From Eledone cirrhosa (taxonomy: Eukaryota), in assembly GCA_964016885.1 (NCBI GenBank), contig OZ024740.1, positions 336,722,001-336,786,000 of the forward strand: DNA of 64,000 bases, in the 5' to 3' direction. The translations under genes and the position numbers were made by a program. The notes beneath the pieces are model-generated. The model had not been told where the DNA came from. It saw only the letters and a list, made by a program, of their open reading frames with translations, and made no database searches. Within the stretch, counting starts at the first letter, position 1; the number at the start of each line of letters is the position of its first letter. Positions 1 through 13,600 of the stretch are shown one piece after another.

Positions 1-630
1 CACACCACTACAATCACCACCACACTACAACTACCTTCACACTACCACACCACTATAGCCACAACAATCACCACACCACTATAGCCACAACAATCACCAC
101 ACCACTATAGCCACAACAATCACCACACCACTATAGTCACAATCACCACCACACTACCACACCACCACATCACCACCACCACCACCACACCACCACCACC
201 ACCACCACCACCACACTACCACATTACCACACCACCACCACCACCACACTACCACATTCCCACACCACTACACTACCACATTACCACACCACCACCACCA
301 CACTACCACATTACCACACCACCACCACCACACTACCACATTACCACACCACCACCACCACACTACCACATTACCACACCACCACCACCACCACCACCAC
401 ACTACCACATTACCACACCACCACCACCACACTACCACATAACCACACCACCACCACACGACACTATCACATTACCACACCACCACCACCACACACCACC
501 ACCACCCTACCACCACCACACTACCACACCACCACCACCACACTACCACACTACCACACTACCACACCACCACCACCATCATCACTACCACACCACCACT
601 ATAGTCATCCCTACCATACAACTACTACCA
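1..630. repeat. (CAC)n-derived low-complexity tract with a ~30-bp unit (CACTACCACATTACCACACCACCACCACCA)
   Basis: The same 30-mer recurs at 271, 301, 331 and 361; ORF 268..459 is only a translation of this repeat. Confidence 0.9.
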
Positions 631-1129
631 ACACGGGTAAATCTTCACAAATATTCCAGTATTAATTTAGTAAATTCTATGTAATTCCTTAAGTTATTGA
701 TAAAGATAAATCCTATATTATGTTAGTTACTAAAGTGATTAATTTATAAAATCCCTTCTCGTTAAATTAATAAACATTAATTGATTATATATGCAGCACT
801 TAAATACAGCTAAACCAAGATTTATATTGTTGGAAGCAGATAGAAAGTTATATACTTGGTCTGCTAACAAATTCTAATAATTGATCATTTCGGTATTGTT
901 AAACCAGAGAGATTATTAGGAATTTACTGCTAAGACTTTTAATGTAAATGATATTCAGATATTACAGCACCAGTTTTATCATGTGTATCTCCATGTATTT
1001 GAATATGTACACCATATGTCTAGATGTTGTAAGAGGCAACTAATAGGGAAAGGCATCTTCTGGCCATAAGACACTGCCTCGAAAAGTCCGGTCCAACTCC
1101 TGTTGGCATGGAAAGGTTGGCACAGAAAC

Positions 1130-1350
1130 GGTGGTAGTAGTGGTGAGGGGGTGTCATTGTGGTTATGGTGGTTATGGTGGTTGTGGTGGCAGCAGCAGTA
1201 GTGGTGATAGTGGTAGAGGTGATGGTGGTAGTGGTGGTGATGGTGGTGGTGTAGTGTTGGTGGTCATGGTCATGGTAGTTCTGGTGGTGGTGGTGGTGGC
1301 ATTGGTGGTCGTGGTCATGGTAGTTGTGGTAGTGGTGGTGGTGGTGGTTT
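1130..1350. repeat. (GGT)n-rich low-complexity tract
   Basis: Degenerate GGT/GTG triplets. Confidence 0.85.
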
Positions 1351-1539
1351 GTGATGTGTTAGAGAGAGACATTATTACAGTGTGACAAAACCAACAAACA
1401 AACATACAAAAGTGACATAGTCGTGTATATTGAGAATTGTAAAATATATATTTGTAAGTAAATATATTTTGTTGTTAAAATTTCTTTTTAACATTTTGTT
1501 CCAGTATGATAAGATTTTTTTTGTTGAAAATTGACTTAA

Positions 1540-1755
1540 TTAATGGTTTCTGATTTAGGCACAAGGCTAGTGATTTGGGGGGGAGGGAAAAGTCGATTAA
1601 ATCAACCCCAGTACATGACTGGTACTTTATTTTATCGACCCCATAAGGATGAAAGGCAATGCTAACCTTGGAGATTTGAATTCAGAGCGCCGAAAGTGAG
1701 AAAAAATACCACAAGGCATTTTGTTCTATACTCTAACAACTACCAATTTGTCTGC
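1540..1755 (-). mobile_element. tRNA-derived SINE (Meta-SINE-like central domain)
   Basis: Reverse complement of the SINE at 41045-41266 (GCCTTTCATCCTTATGGGGTCGATAAAATAAAGTACCAG core, B-box-like GAATTCAAATC). Confidence 0.7.
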
Positions 1756-2889
1756 ACTGATCTGTGTCCCATCAGTGGGGTATTGCTTTTTTCTTTCTCA
1801 AATTGATGCTTGTATTATGTAATATCAAACACAGTATTGTTATATAATGTCGGTTCCATGATAAAATGAACACAATACATTCTGTAAAGGGTTTGGTGTT
1901 AAGGAGGAGATCCTGCTTATAGAAACCATACCATACAAAAAGTAGAGCGGATTCTTCCGTTATGTCAAGGACATGACAACCTCCTTTATACTGCTAGTGC
2001 CATGATCCCATTACAAATGTAAACTGGTTGGTGATAAGAAGGACATCCAGCTGTAGAAGCCATGTCAAAACCAGAAGTATGTAAGCGAGATGTAGCCCCT
2101 AGCTTGTCTAGAAATACAATAGCTCTGATTCAATATTAACCTTGACTATGACGATCCATATAACCCATGCTGGCATGAAAAATCAGACATTAAATAATGA
2201 TGATGTTGACGACAATGATAACGATGATGATTACTAGGGTGATGACAATGCAGTTTAATAACTGAAGTCAACCAGTAACAAAAAGAAGATAGAAAGGAAT
2301 GAAAAAAATAAAATCAGAGAAAATTCAGATCATATGATGGCAGTTTTGTTCTCTCTAACACTTTCAGCTATATTTGAAGAACATGAATTGGAAAAACATT
2401 TACAGAGAAATATTTATTTTTTAGATAAAATTAAATCTCAAAAGTATTATTCCCTGGTGTCTTTTGAAGAAAGAAAAATGGAAGATTGTGGATTCATTTC
2501 TAGACAGAAAACATAATAACGTTATTCTGATAACGAAAAAACAAATGATTATTAATGAAAAGTTTGTGGTTTTATGTTTTCTTTTTAACGAAAAAAAGAT
2601 TTCATATCATGCTTCTTTAGTGGATTGAATAAAGTAAAAAAAGCAAGATGGAAAAAGTTGAGAAAATACAAAAAAAAAATGAAATTTAAGGGGAGATAAT
2701 TGATAATCTATTACAAAATTCATTACTTTGAGATTTTCGTGAAGGTTGGATTTTTTATGTTTTTTGTTTTGTTTTGTGGTGTTTTGTTTTTTTTACTTGA
2801 AAAATATTTAATCAATTCTGTTTCCTTCTTTAGACATATGCATGTCTTTTTTTATTCACTTTATCTTTTACTCCGCCCCACTTTTCATC

Positions 2890-3405
2890 TTATTATTATC
2901 ATCAGCAGCAGCAGCATCTCTATCATCATCATCATTATCATCATCATTTACATCATCTTCATCATTATCTTGATCATCATCAGCAGTAGCAATATCATTA
3001 TCATCATCATCAACCTCATATCATCTTTATGATAATCATCATCATCATCATCATCAATATCATCATCAATATCATCATAATCATCAGCATCATTGTTATT
3101 ATGATCAGCCTGATATCATCCTTATCATCATCATTACCATCATCATGATAATCACTATCATCATTGTCATCATCAGCCTTATATTATCCTTATCATTAAC
3201 ACCATCACATACCATCATCACCATATCACCATCACCTTCGTCAACATCACCATCATTAATCATAATCATCACCATCATCATTACCACCATAGACATTGCC
3301 ATCATTATTATCAACATAAGTTTATATCATCATCCTTATCATCACCATCATCACCATCATCACCATTATCATTATCATTATCATCATCATGAGCAGCAGC
3401 AACAG
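2890..3405. repeat. (CAT/ATC)n degenerate trinucleotide microsatellite
   Basis: Directly visible; produces the poly-Ile/Met/His pseudo-ORFs. Confidence 0.9.
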
Positions 3406-3719
3406 CCTTACATGTTCAGAGCAGTGAAGTAATATGATTGTTTTATCTCCATTATATCATTACATAACTTTCCTGGCCTGCACTACCATCAAATTACACC
3501 AAATAACTTCACCCACTATAACCTACCCTTATCTACCATCTCCTACTGCAAGCTACCATCCACTTCCATTATCTACAATCATCTAGTGGCCCCTAGTATT
3601 ACTTATCTCCAAATACGACCCCATACCAACAGCTATCATCAACCACTATCACCTACTCTTATCTACCATCTCCTACCACAAGCTACCATTCACCTCCATC
3701 TACTGTAGCTACTATCACA

Positions 3720-6700
3720 ATCTCCATACCACCACTACCTACCTCTACTGAAGTTACCATCCACCCCATCACATGACCATACCACCACTACCTACCTCTA
3801 CTGTAGCTACCATCACATGACCATACCACCACTACCTACCTCTACAGTAGCTACCATCACATGACCATACCACCACCACCACCTACCTCTACTGTAGCTA
3901 CCATCACATGACCATACCACCACCTACCTCTACAGTAGCTACCATCACATGACCATACCACCACCACCACCTACCTCTACTGTAGCTACCATCACATGAC
4001 CATACCACCACCACCTACCTCTACTGTAGCTACCATCACATGACCATACCACCACCTACCTCTACTGTAGCTACCATCACATGACCATACCACCACCACC
4101 TACCTCTACTGTAGCTACCATCACATGACCATACCACCACCACCTACCTCTACTGTAGCTACCATCACATGACCATACCACCACCTACCTCTACTGTAGC
4201 TACCATCACATGACCATACCACCACCACCTACCTCTACTGTAGCTACCATCACATGACCATACCACCACCACCTACCTCTACTGTAGCTACCATCACATG
4301 ACCATACCACCACCACCTACCTCTACTGTAGCTACCATCACATGACCATACCACCACTACCTACCTCTACTGTAGCTACCATCACATGACCATACCACCA
4401 CCACCTACCTCTACTGTAGCTACCATCACATGACCATACCACCACCACCTACCTCTACTGTAGCTACCATCACATGACCATACCACCACCACCTACCTCT
4501 ACTGTAGCTACCATCACATGACCATACCACCACCACCTACCTCTACTGTAGCTACCATCACATGACCATACCACCACTACCTACCTCTACTGTAGCTACC
4601 ATCACATGACCATACCACCACTACCTACCTCTACTGTAGCTACCATTACATGACCATACCACCACTACCTACCTCTACTGTAGCTACCATCACATGACCA
4701 TACCACCACTACCTACCTCTACTGTAGCTACCATTACATGACCATACCACCACCACCTACCTCTACTGTAGCTACCATCACATGACCATACCACCACCAC
4801 CTACCTCTACTGTAGCTACCATTACATGACCATACCACTACTACCTACCTCTACTGTAGCTACCATTACATGACCATACCACCACTACCTACCTCTACTG
4901 TAGCTACCATCACATGACCATACCACCACCACCTACCTCTACTGTAGCTACCATCACATGACCATACCACCACCACCTACCTCTACTGTAGCTACCATCA
5001 CATGACCATACCACCACTACCTACCTCTACTGTAGCTACCATCACATGACCATACCACCACTACCTACCTCTACTGTAGCTACCATCACATGACCATACC
5101 ACCACCACTTACCTCTACTGTAGCTACCATCACATGACCATACCACCACTACCTACCTCTACTGTAGCTACCATTACATGACCATACCACCACTACCTAC
5201 CTCTACTGTAGCTACCATCACATGACCATACCACCACCACTTACCTCTACTGTAGCTACCATCACATGACCATACCACCACCACCTACCTCTACTGTAGC
5301 TACCATTACATGACCATACCACCACTACCTACCTCTACTGTAGCTACCATCACATGACCATACCACCACCACTTACCTCTACTGTAGCTACCATCACATG
5401 ACCATACCACCACTACCTACCTCTACTGTAGCTACCATCACATGACCATACCACCACCACCTACCTCTACTGTAGCTACCATTACATGACCATACCACCA
5501 CTACCTACCTCTACTGTAGCTACCATCACATGACCATACCACCACCACTTACCTCTACTGTAGCTACCATCACATGACCATACCACCACCACCTACCTCT
5601 ACTGTAGCTACCATTATATGACCATACCACCACCACTTACCTCTACTGTAGCCACCATCACATGACCATACCACCACCACCTACCTCTACTGTAGCTACC
5701 ATCACATGACCATACCACCACCACCTACCTCTACTGTAGCTACCATTACATGACCATACCACCACCACCTACCTCTACTATAGCTATCATTACATGACCA
5801 TACCACCACCTACCTACCTCTACTGTAGCTACCATCACATGACCATACCACCACTACCTACCTCTACTGTAGCTACCATCACATGACCATACCACCACCA
5901 CCTACCTCTACTGTAGCTACCATCACATGACCATACCACCACCACCTACCTCTACTGTAGCTACCATTACATGACCATACCACCACTACCTACCTCTACT
6001 GTAGCTACCATCACATGACCATACCACCACCACTTACCTCTACTGTAGCTACCATCACATGACCATACCACCACTACCTACCTCTACTGTAGCTACCATC
6101 ACATGACCATACCACCACCACTTACCTCTACTGTAGCTACCATCACATGACCATACCACCACCACCTACCTCTACTGTAGCTACCATTACATGACCATAC
6201 CACCACTACCTACCTCTACTGTAGCTACCATCACATGACCATACCACCACCACTTACCTCTACTGTAGCTACCATCACATGACCATACCACCACTACCTA
6301 CCTCTACTGTAGCTACCATCACATGACCATACCACCACCACCTACCTCTACTGTAGCTACCATTACATGACCATACCACCACTACCTACCTCTACTGTAG
6401 CTACCATCACATGACCATACCACCACCACTTACCTCTACTGTAGCTACCATCACATGACCATACCACCACCACCTACCTCTACTGTAGCTACCATTACAT
6501 GACCATACCACCACTACCTACCTCTACTGTAGCTACCATCACATGACCATACCACCACCACTTACCTCTACTGTAGCTACCATCACATGACCATACCACC
6601 ACTACCTACCTCTACTGTAGCTACCATCACATGACCATACCACCACCACCTACCTCTACTGTAGCTACCATTACATGACCATACCACCACTACCTACCTC

Positions 6701-8535
6701 TACTGTAGCTACCATCACATGACCATACCACCACCACTTACCTCTACTGTAGCTACCATCACATGACCATACCACCACCACCTACCTCTACTGTAGCTAC
6801 CATTATATGACCATACCACCACCACTTACCTCTACTGTAGCCACCATCACATGACCATACCACCACCACCTACCTCTACTGTAGCTACCATCACATGACC
6901 ATACCACCACCACCTACCTCTACTGTAGCTACCATTACATGACCATACCACCACCACCTACCTCTACTATAGCTATCATTACATGACCATACCACCACCT
7001 ACCTACCTCTACTGTAGCTACCATCACATGACCATACCACCACTACCTACCTCTACTGTAGCTACCATCACATGACCATACCACCACCACCTACCTCTAC
7101 TGTAGCTACCATCACATGACCATACCACCACCACCTACCTCTACTGTAGCTACCATTACATGACCATACCACCACTACCTACCTCTACTGTAGCTACCAT
7201 CACATGACCATACCACCACCACTTACCTCTACTGTAGCTACCATCACATGACCATACCACCACTACCTACCTCTACTGTAGCTACCATCACATGACCATA
7301 CCACCACCACTTACCTCTACTGTAGCTACCATCACATGACCATACCACCACCACCTACCTCTACTGTAGCTACCATTACATGACCATACCACCACTACCT
7401 ACCTCTACTGTAGCTACCATCACATGACCATACCACCACCACTTACCTCTACTGTAGCTACCATCACATGACCATACCACCACTACCTACCTCTACTGTA
7501 GCTACCATCACATGACCATACCACCACCACCTACCTCTACTGTAGCTACCATTACATGACCATACCACCACTACCTACCTCTACTGTAGCTACCATCACA
7601 TGACCATACCACCACCACTTACCTCTACTGTAGCTACCATCACATGACCATACCACCACCACCTACCTCTACTGTAGCTACCATTATATGACCATACCAC
7701 CACCACTTACCTCTACTGTAGCCACCATCACATGACCATACCACCACCACCTACCTCTACTGTAGCTACCATCACATGACCATACCACCACCACCTACCT
7801 CTACTGTAGCTACCATTACATGACCATACCACCACCACCTACCTCTACTATAGCTATCATTACATGACCATACCACCACCTACCTACCTCTACTGTAGCT
7901 ACCATCACATGACCATACCACCACTACCTACCTCTACTGTAGCTACCATCACATGACCATACCACCACCACCTACCTCTACTGTAGCTACCATCACATGA
8001 CCATACCACCACCACTTACCTCTACTGTAGCTACCATCACATGACCATACCACCACCACCTACCTCTACTGTAGCTACCATCACATGACCATACCACCAC
8101 CACATACCTCTACTGTAGCTACCATCACATGACCATACCACCACTACCTACCTCTACTGTAGCTACCATCACATGACCATACCACCACCTACCTCTACAG
8201 TAGCTACCATCACATGACCATACCACCACCACCACCTACCTCTACTGTAGCTACCATTACATGACCATACCACCACCACCACCTACCTCTACTGTAGCTA
8301 CCATCACATGACCATACCACCACTACCTACGTCTACTGTAGCTACCATCACATGACCATACCACCACTACCTACCTCTACTGTAGCTACCATCACATGAC
8401 CATACCACTACCACTTACCTCTACTGTAGCTACCATCACATGACTATACCACTACCACCACTATAGCTACCATCAAGTGATCATACTAGCATCACCTACC
8501 TCTTCTGTAGCTACAATCAAATGACCATACCACCA
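3720..8535. repeat. 44-bp minisatellite, about 108 copies, consensus ACCATACCACCACCACCTACCTCTACTGTAGCTACCATCACATG
   Basis: Identical lines at 4261 and 4921 (660 bp = 15 x 44); degenerate copies at both edges. Confidence 0.97.
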
Positions 8536-9071
8536 TAATTTATCAGCAACTAGACACCTGGAGCTCTTTCTTCTATATGTCATGTCTCCTCACCCTATGT
8601 AAGTAACCTATGTATTATCTGGTTCTGTATTTATACTTAGTCAATGTCCTGGGGTCACTAGAGTTCAGAGAGATCCCTCTGCTGAACACAGATGCCATTG
8701 GTTCATAAGCTATCACTCCCTAAGACATTTAGCATTGAAAACCTAGACTAACTTCATTCTAAATAAATAGTATAAAAATGAACTTTTAGGTAGAGGGCAT
8801 ATATGTGTGTGTGTGCGTGTGCGCCTGCGCATGTGTGTGTGTGTGTGCATGTATCAGTCAAAGGTATTACCTTATATATATTTTTTTTTTATTATGCTAA
8901 ATAGGAGGAACAGTAACAATGACCATTACAAAGTCTTTAGACAGGAAAGATTGATGCAGTTGATGTTCCATTTGAATTTCTGAGGTTCTCCTATTTTAAA
9001 CAGATGTTGGTAAAGATATCTTTGATCCAGTTACAATAATCAATGACACTCAAACACTTCTTATTTTCCAG

Positions 9072-9271
9072 AAAAGTCCAAAAGTCAAGGAGAACTTCAT
9101 CCAGGGGTTATATGTAACAATTGTGGTACACAAGTTCGAGGCAATCGTTATAAATGTCTAATATGTCATGAATATGAACTGTGTGAAGATTGTGAGAACC
9201 TTAGAGTCCATTTAGAACATGCAGTCATCAGAATTCCAAATCCAACTACCCACTGGATGCCACTTGTAACG
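9072..9271 (+). CDS. SQSTM1: SQSTM1/p62-like gene, ZZ zinc-finger exon (phase 1 in, phase 0 out)
   Basis: Acceptor TTCTTATTTTCCAG| and donor |GTAAGA. Translates KSKSQGELHPGVICNNCGTQVRGNRYKCLICHEYELCEDCENLRVHLEHAVIRIPNPTTHWMPLVT, the ZZ pattern CxxC..RYKCxxC..LCxxC..HxxH preceded by the p62-typical HPGVIC. Absent from the ORF track. Confidence 0.9.
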
Positions 9272-9710
9272 GTAAGAAATATTTCCAATATGATCCTGTG
9301 CTTTACCATGTGCATTTTATCATGGCACCAACACTAGGGAAGTTGTCATGTATTTGGCATAGGTGAAGAGTTTTCATAACACTTTTGGGGGAAGTTTTTC
9401 TATGGCCAGATGCCCTTCCTTTCACCAATCCATTTCAGGGGTATAGTGGAGGACCGTTTATGGTGTGGATCACTAACACTAGGGAGTTTGCCATGTCTAT
9501 AGCATAACTGAAGAATCATCACAAAAGCCAATTGTAATTAGATAATTAAAATTTAAACAATTTCTTGTGGTTTTGATTCAAATACAATGAGCTCTTCAGA
9601 TGTTTACAAACACATTGATTTGTATACACATGCTAAGAGTAAATAAACCTGTTAAACTGTAACTTCACTTCCTATATATATGTGTGTGTATTTATATATA
9701 TATATACACT

Positions 9711-10349
9711 TCATCATCATCATCATCGTTTAACGTCCATATTCCACGCTTGCATGGGTTTGGACGGGAGTTTTCCCACTTGAGGCAAGAGTGGTTGTCT
9801 TGCTCGCATAGGACTGTTTGGCGGGTTTTCTACGGCTGGATGCCCTTCCTAACACCAACCACATTTACAGTGTGGAACTGGGAGGTTTTTACCGTGTTAC
9901 CTACACGGCCACATTACAGCGTGGACTGTGTGTTTTTTTGTCATGACACCTACACGACCTCATTTGTTTCGGGCTGGATGTTGTGGTACCAACATAACTT
10001 TACATTGAAAGGGGTGGTGTGGATGGGGTGGGGGTAGTGGGACGGGGGCTGTATTTTGTTAGAGGTGCCTACTGACTGTAGTAGGTTTCACTTTGTACTT
10101 AGGTAAGGCGGGTCTTCTCTATTACTGTGTAACGCCAAAGCTCTCGGTCCAGTGACATTGTCTTGGAGAGGTGTAAGTGTGTGAGGTCGGAATTTATCAA
10201 GTCGTCCCAGGATTTTCTGGGTCTGCCTACTCTGTGGCTACCGTCTATTTTTATTGCCCTGCACTTTTTTATACAGCTGTCGTCTTTCATGCGCATCATG
10301 TGACCATACCAACGTAGCCTTCTCTCGAGTAAACAACATCTGATCCCTT
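9711..10349 (-). mobile_element. RTE-clade LINE, subfamily A, 3' fragment with (GAT)n tail
   Basis: Reverse complement of about 19070-19706; ORF ending WRYTVIEKTRLT. Confidence 0.9.
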
Positions 10350-10400
10350 ATATATATATATATAATATATATATCCCTTATATATATATATATATATATA

Positions 10401-10530
10401 TAAAATACAATATGTTGAAAAGGTAACACACTAGAGAGATACAGTGCGCTATCAATAAATTTTCCCTGTTTTATTGATAGCGCACTGTATCTCTCTCTAG
10501 TGTGTTACCTTTTCAACATATTGTATTTTA
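10401..10530. repeat. Fold-back inverted repeat (about 59-bp arms) next to (TA)n
   Basis: TAAAATACAATATGTTGAAAAGG...CAATAAA versus TTTATTG...CCTTTTCAACATATTGTATTTTA. Confidence 0.9.
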
Positions 10531-10610
10531 AAGTGCCCAGGATTTCCTCTCCTTTGAACACATTATTTACAGGGAACAGCGAGAGTCTATGGCTCCGTTA
10601 ATGTATCGTG

Positions 10611-10667
<57 letters not shown>

Positions 10668-10670
<3 letters not shown>

Positions 10671-13600
10671 TTAAGGGTACTATTTATGGTTATGTATGCA
10701 ATAAAACCTTTGATGGTAATATATTATATATACACAGACCCTAAATAGTGAGAGATAGTCATTAATTACTATCCTATTACCAGTAAGATAAATAGCTCAA
10801 TGTAATAACATCAGTTGTTTTACAGAGCAGTTATATAGAGATTACAGTAATCAAAGTTCAGTTTAAGTCATTTATTTGCTTACAATTGTTTCCTCCAAAC
10901 CGAGGTTTGGATTCTTCGGAGCAACTATTTATAACATACTTGACCTCCATTTCAACCCAAGAGACACATAAAACATATGCGCATATTGATCAACAGTGGG
11001 GTGACATTCATCAAATGATATAGCATGGCAATTTACATATAAAGGTTACAGGATAAAAATAAAATAAAATAAAAACAAGAGTGAAAATAAGAGTGAAAAT
11101 AAAGATAAACATGAAGCGTTGGCAGTCTATGAAGATAAAGCAAGAGGAAAGCTTAGAGTAGTCAGTGTATGAAACAATCTCCCGTGTAGCATGCACGCGT
11201 GTCTTATCTATACATGATTAGAGTGCATCAGAATGATATTTGCAGGGTCAGGCAGTTGAAGCAGGCAATCGATCTTATTATATAGGCTGAATTATTAAGT
11301 CATTTATTCTCATACATCTGTATGATATACAGTCTCGGATGCGGGGAAACACCAAAATATCAAAAACCTTCAACATACTATAAACCTTATTGTATCGTAT
11401 GCAAGGTCGTACCACTGTCCTTGCTCACACCACCACTCACATAATCCATGAGACGCAATATATATATAGAGAACACGCGTCTATCGTATAATTCGCAGTG
11501 GTTCAGCATATAGTCAAGCTATAAACCGTATCCAGTCGGTTCTTAATTAATATATCATGCTGTCCAGATTCCGGAAGTGCCTGAATGACTAAGGGGAATT
11601 AATGCGTAAGGGGAGGTAACTAGCTAGTTATCTTAGTTACATTACTATGCTAAACTACATTAATGGTGATTCAAATACGTGCCTATCATGTGAAGTTATA
11701 ACTAATATCTAGAGTATGTTACCCATTTATAGGTTAGAGAGTTGTCCATTAAGAAGTACAAGGGTGTATATATTAGGATGATTACCATCCATTAATTAAG
11801 GGGTGTCATATCTGAACGTTCTATAAGAGGAGTCAGACTCTCAAGTCACTGCTCCATGCAAATGTAATATAACAGTAGGACCTGGTATGGTCCCACTATT
11901 ATATATGCCACCCGGTAGGCTCCGGGTCATTGCTTGCCTGCATCTCCAGTAAATCTTCGGTATGGTCCGGAGATCCAATCTCTCATATAAATGCACTAGT
12001 CTGGCCATCAAGCAATAGACAACCCCCGTCTCAAATATAAATCAATTATGTATCACATCTCCAAGTTGGAGTGGAGTCTATTAATAGGTATTAAAGGAGT
12101 CCACATCAAGATGATTACGTGCATAATTCAATGAACTGATCGTTTACAGTATATAATCACTTAACAATACGATTATCTATCTAATCATCAATCTATCTCT
12201 TGGTGGTAATCCATGCACAGGACTATGCTATCGCAACCAGTACCGTGTCCCCAATTTATACTAATCTTATATTTGTGCAATGCAGAATAAGTAGTCCACG
12301 GTCGAGATATCAGTATTAGAGGTACAAGGGGGTATTCCCAGGGTAGGTGGTACTAAAATGCTGTCAGTATTATCTTTAGAGTATAGAGATGGGTGTGGAT
12401 GTGAGGTGTAAGGTGTGCTACTGATGTTAATTGCTAGGGGTGGTGCTGGTTCCAGTCTGACATTATTATATATAGGGTTTAAAGTTTTGGAACGAGTGTC
12501 GGAAGCGGTGTTGGCAATTTGCGAACACTTCTGATTTTTTATTAAGGAGATTATGTTTAGAGAAGATGATAGTATGGGTCTCTAGTAGACAGAGGTTACA
12601 AAATTTATCAGGTGGTTTGTACGATGTTGCACTACCTACCACTTCCCATTTAAGTGTATATATTTTATTTTTAGTTTTTAGATAGTGTATGTAGCTAGAT
12701 AGTGAAGTGGAGTTGGCTAGACTGTGTTTTTTGAAAGAGTGGAGGTGCGAATTGTATCTAGTTTTGAAGCAGTTAGAAGTGGAGCCTATGTAGGTTTCAG
12801 AAGAGCTGTTAGTTGTGACTGTACATGAGTATATGATATCCTTGGTTAAGCATTTTTTATCTAAAGGGCAGGTTCTACTTGATCTACAGTTACAATTACT
12901 CTGGGTGCTAGTCTGCCGGTTACTATGCTGTGTAGAAGTTTGGAGGTTAGCTATAGGGTTATGGTTATGCGGGTTGTGGTACGCAGCGTTAATGTTTACA
13001 CTAGTGCTATTACTATTATTTCCATTGATATTACGGTTATTTGTTATAATGTTACTTTGACTGTTATTTTGAATGTTATTTTGAAGGTTTATCGACCGTT
13101 GTGATTTAGTTTGTTGGAAGTAAGAATTAATTTTTCTTTTATTTGTACTAGCTATGTGGTATGCTAAGTTAGGCGTAGTAGAGTATGAGATCTTAATAGT
13201 GTTTTTGTTTAAAAGGCCGTGGTACCTGTGGCCGGATGGGAAGTGTTTATCTAGTAGTGAGAAGAAAGCCCTAGGAAGGTTGGTAGAGACGTTTAAATTG
13301 AAAGGAGGGTTGAAAAATGTATTATTTCTTCTTCTATTTCTGTGTTTTATGCCTGGTGATTTGTTTCCTTTAATGTTCCTATGGTCATTTCTGTGGTGCG
13401 GGTTACTCTTGTTGTTACAATCCCTATTAGTGTGTGTGCAGTTGCTATTCCTATTATTAAATTTTCCCATGCACATGTTGTGTGAAATGATGTTGTAGCT
13501 ATGTGTTTTTGTAGGTAGGAACTCTATCCCTGTATTATGGCCTGATCTAGCTAATGCCTGATTATAATACTGCGAGTTATTGTTAAATGTGTTTATGTCA

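Noticed and set aside
630-2700. PB1-domain exons of the p62-like gene, including ORF 2334..2516
   Set aside because: No EIRRF or D.DGD (OPCA) motifs were found by eye; PB1 exons are probably upstream of the window.
3720-8535. CRISPR-like or coding repeat array
   Set aside because: Units are contiguous with no unique spacers, there are no cas genes, and the 44-bp period gives no long ORF; it is a eukaryotic minisatellite.
3720-8535. Nrf2 antioxidant response element in each unit (ATGACCATAC)
   Set aside because: It lacks the required GC of RTGACnnnGC.
9004-9071. Alternative upstream acceptor (AAACAG at 9003) for the ZZ exon
   Set aside because: There is a TGA at 9044-9046 in the ZZ frame; the acceptor ending at 9071 has a better pyrimidine tract.
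9254-9265. WMPL as a LIR motif
   Set aside because: It fits WxxL but has no acidic context and directly follows the ZZ fold; too weak to call.
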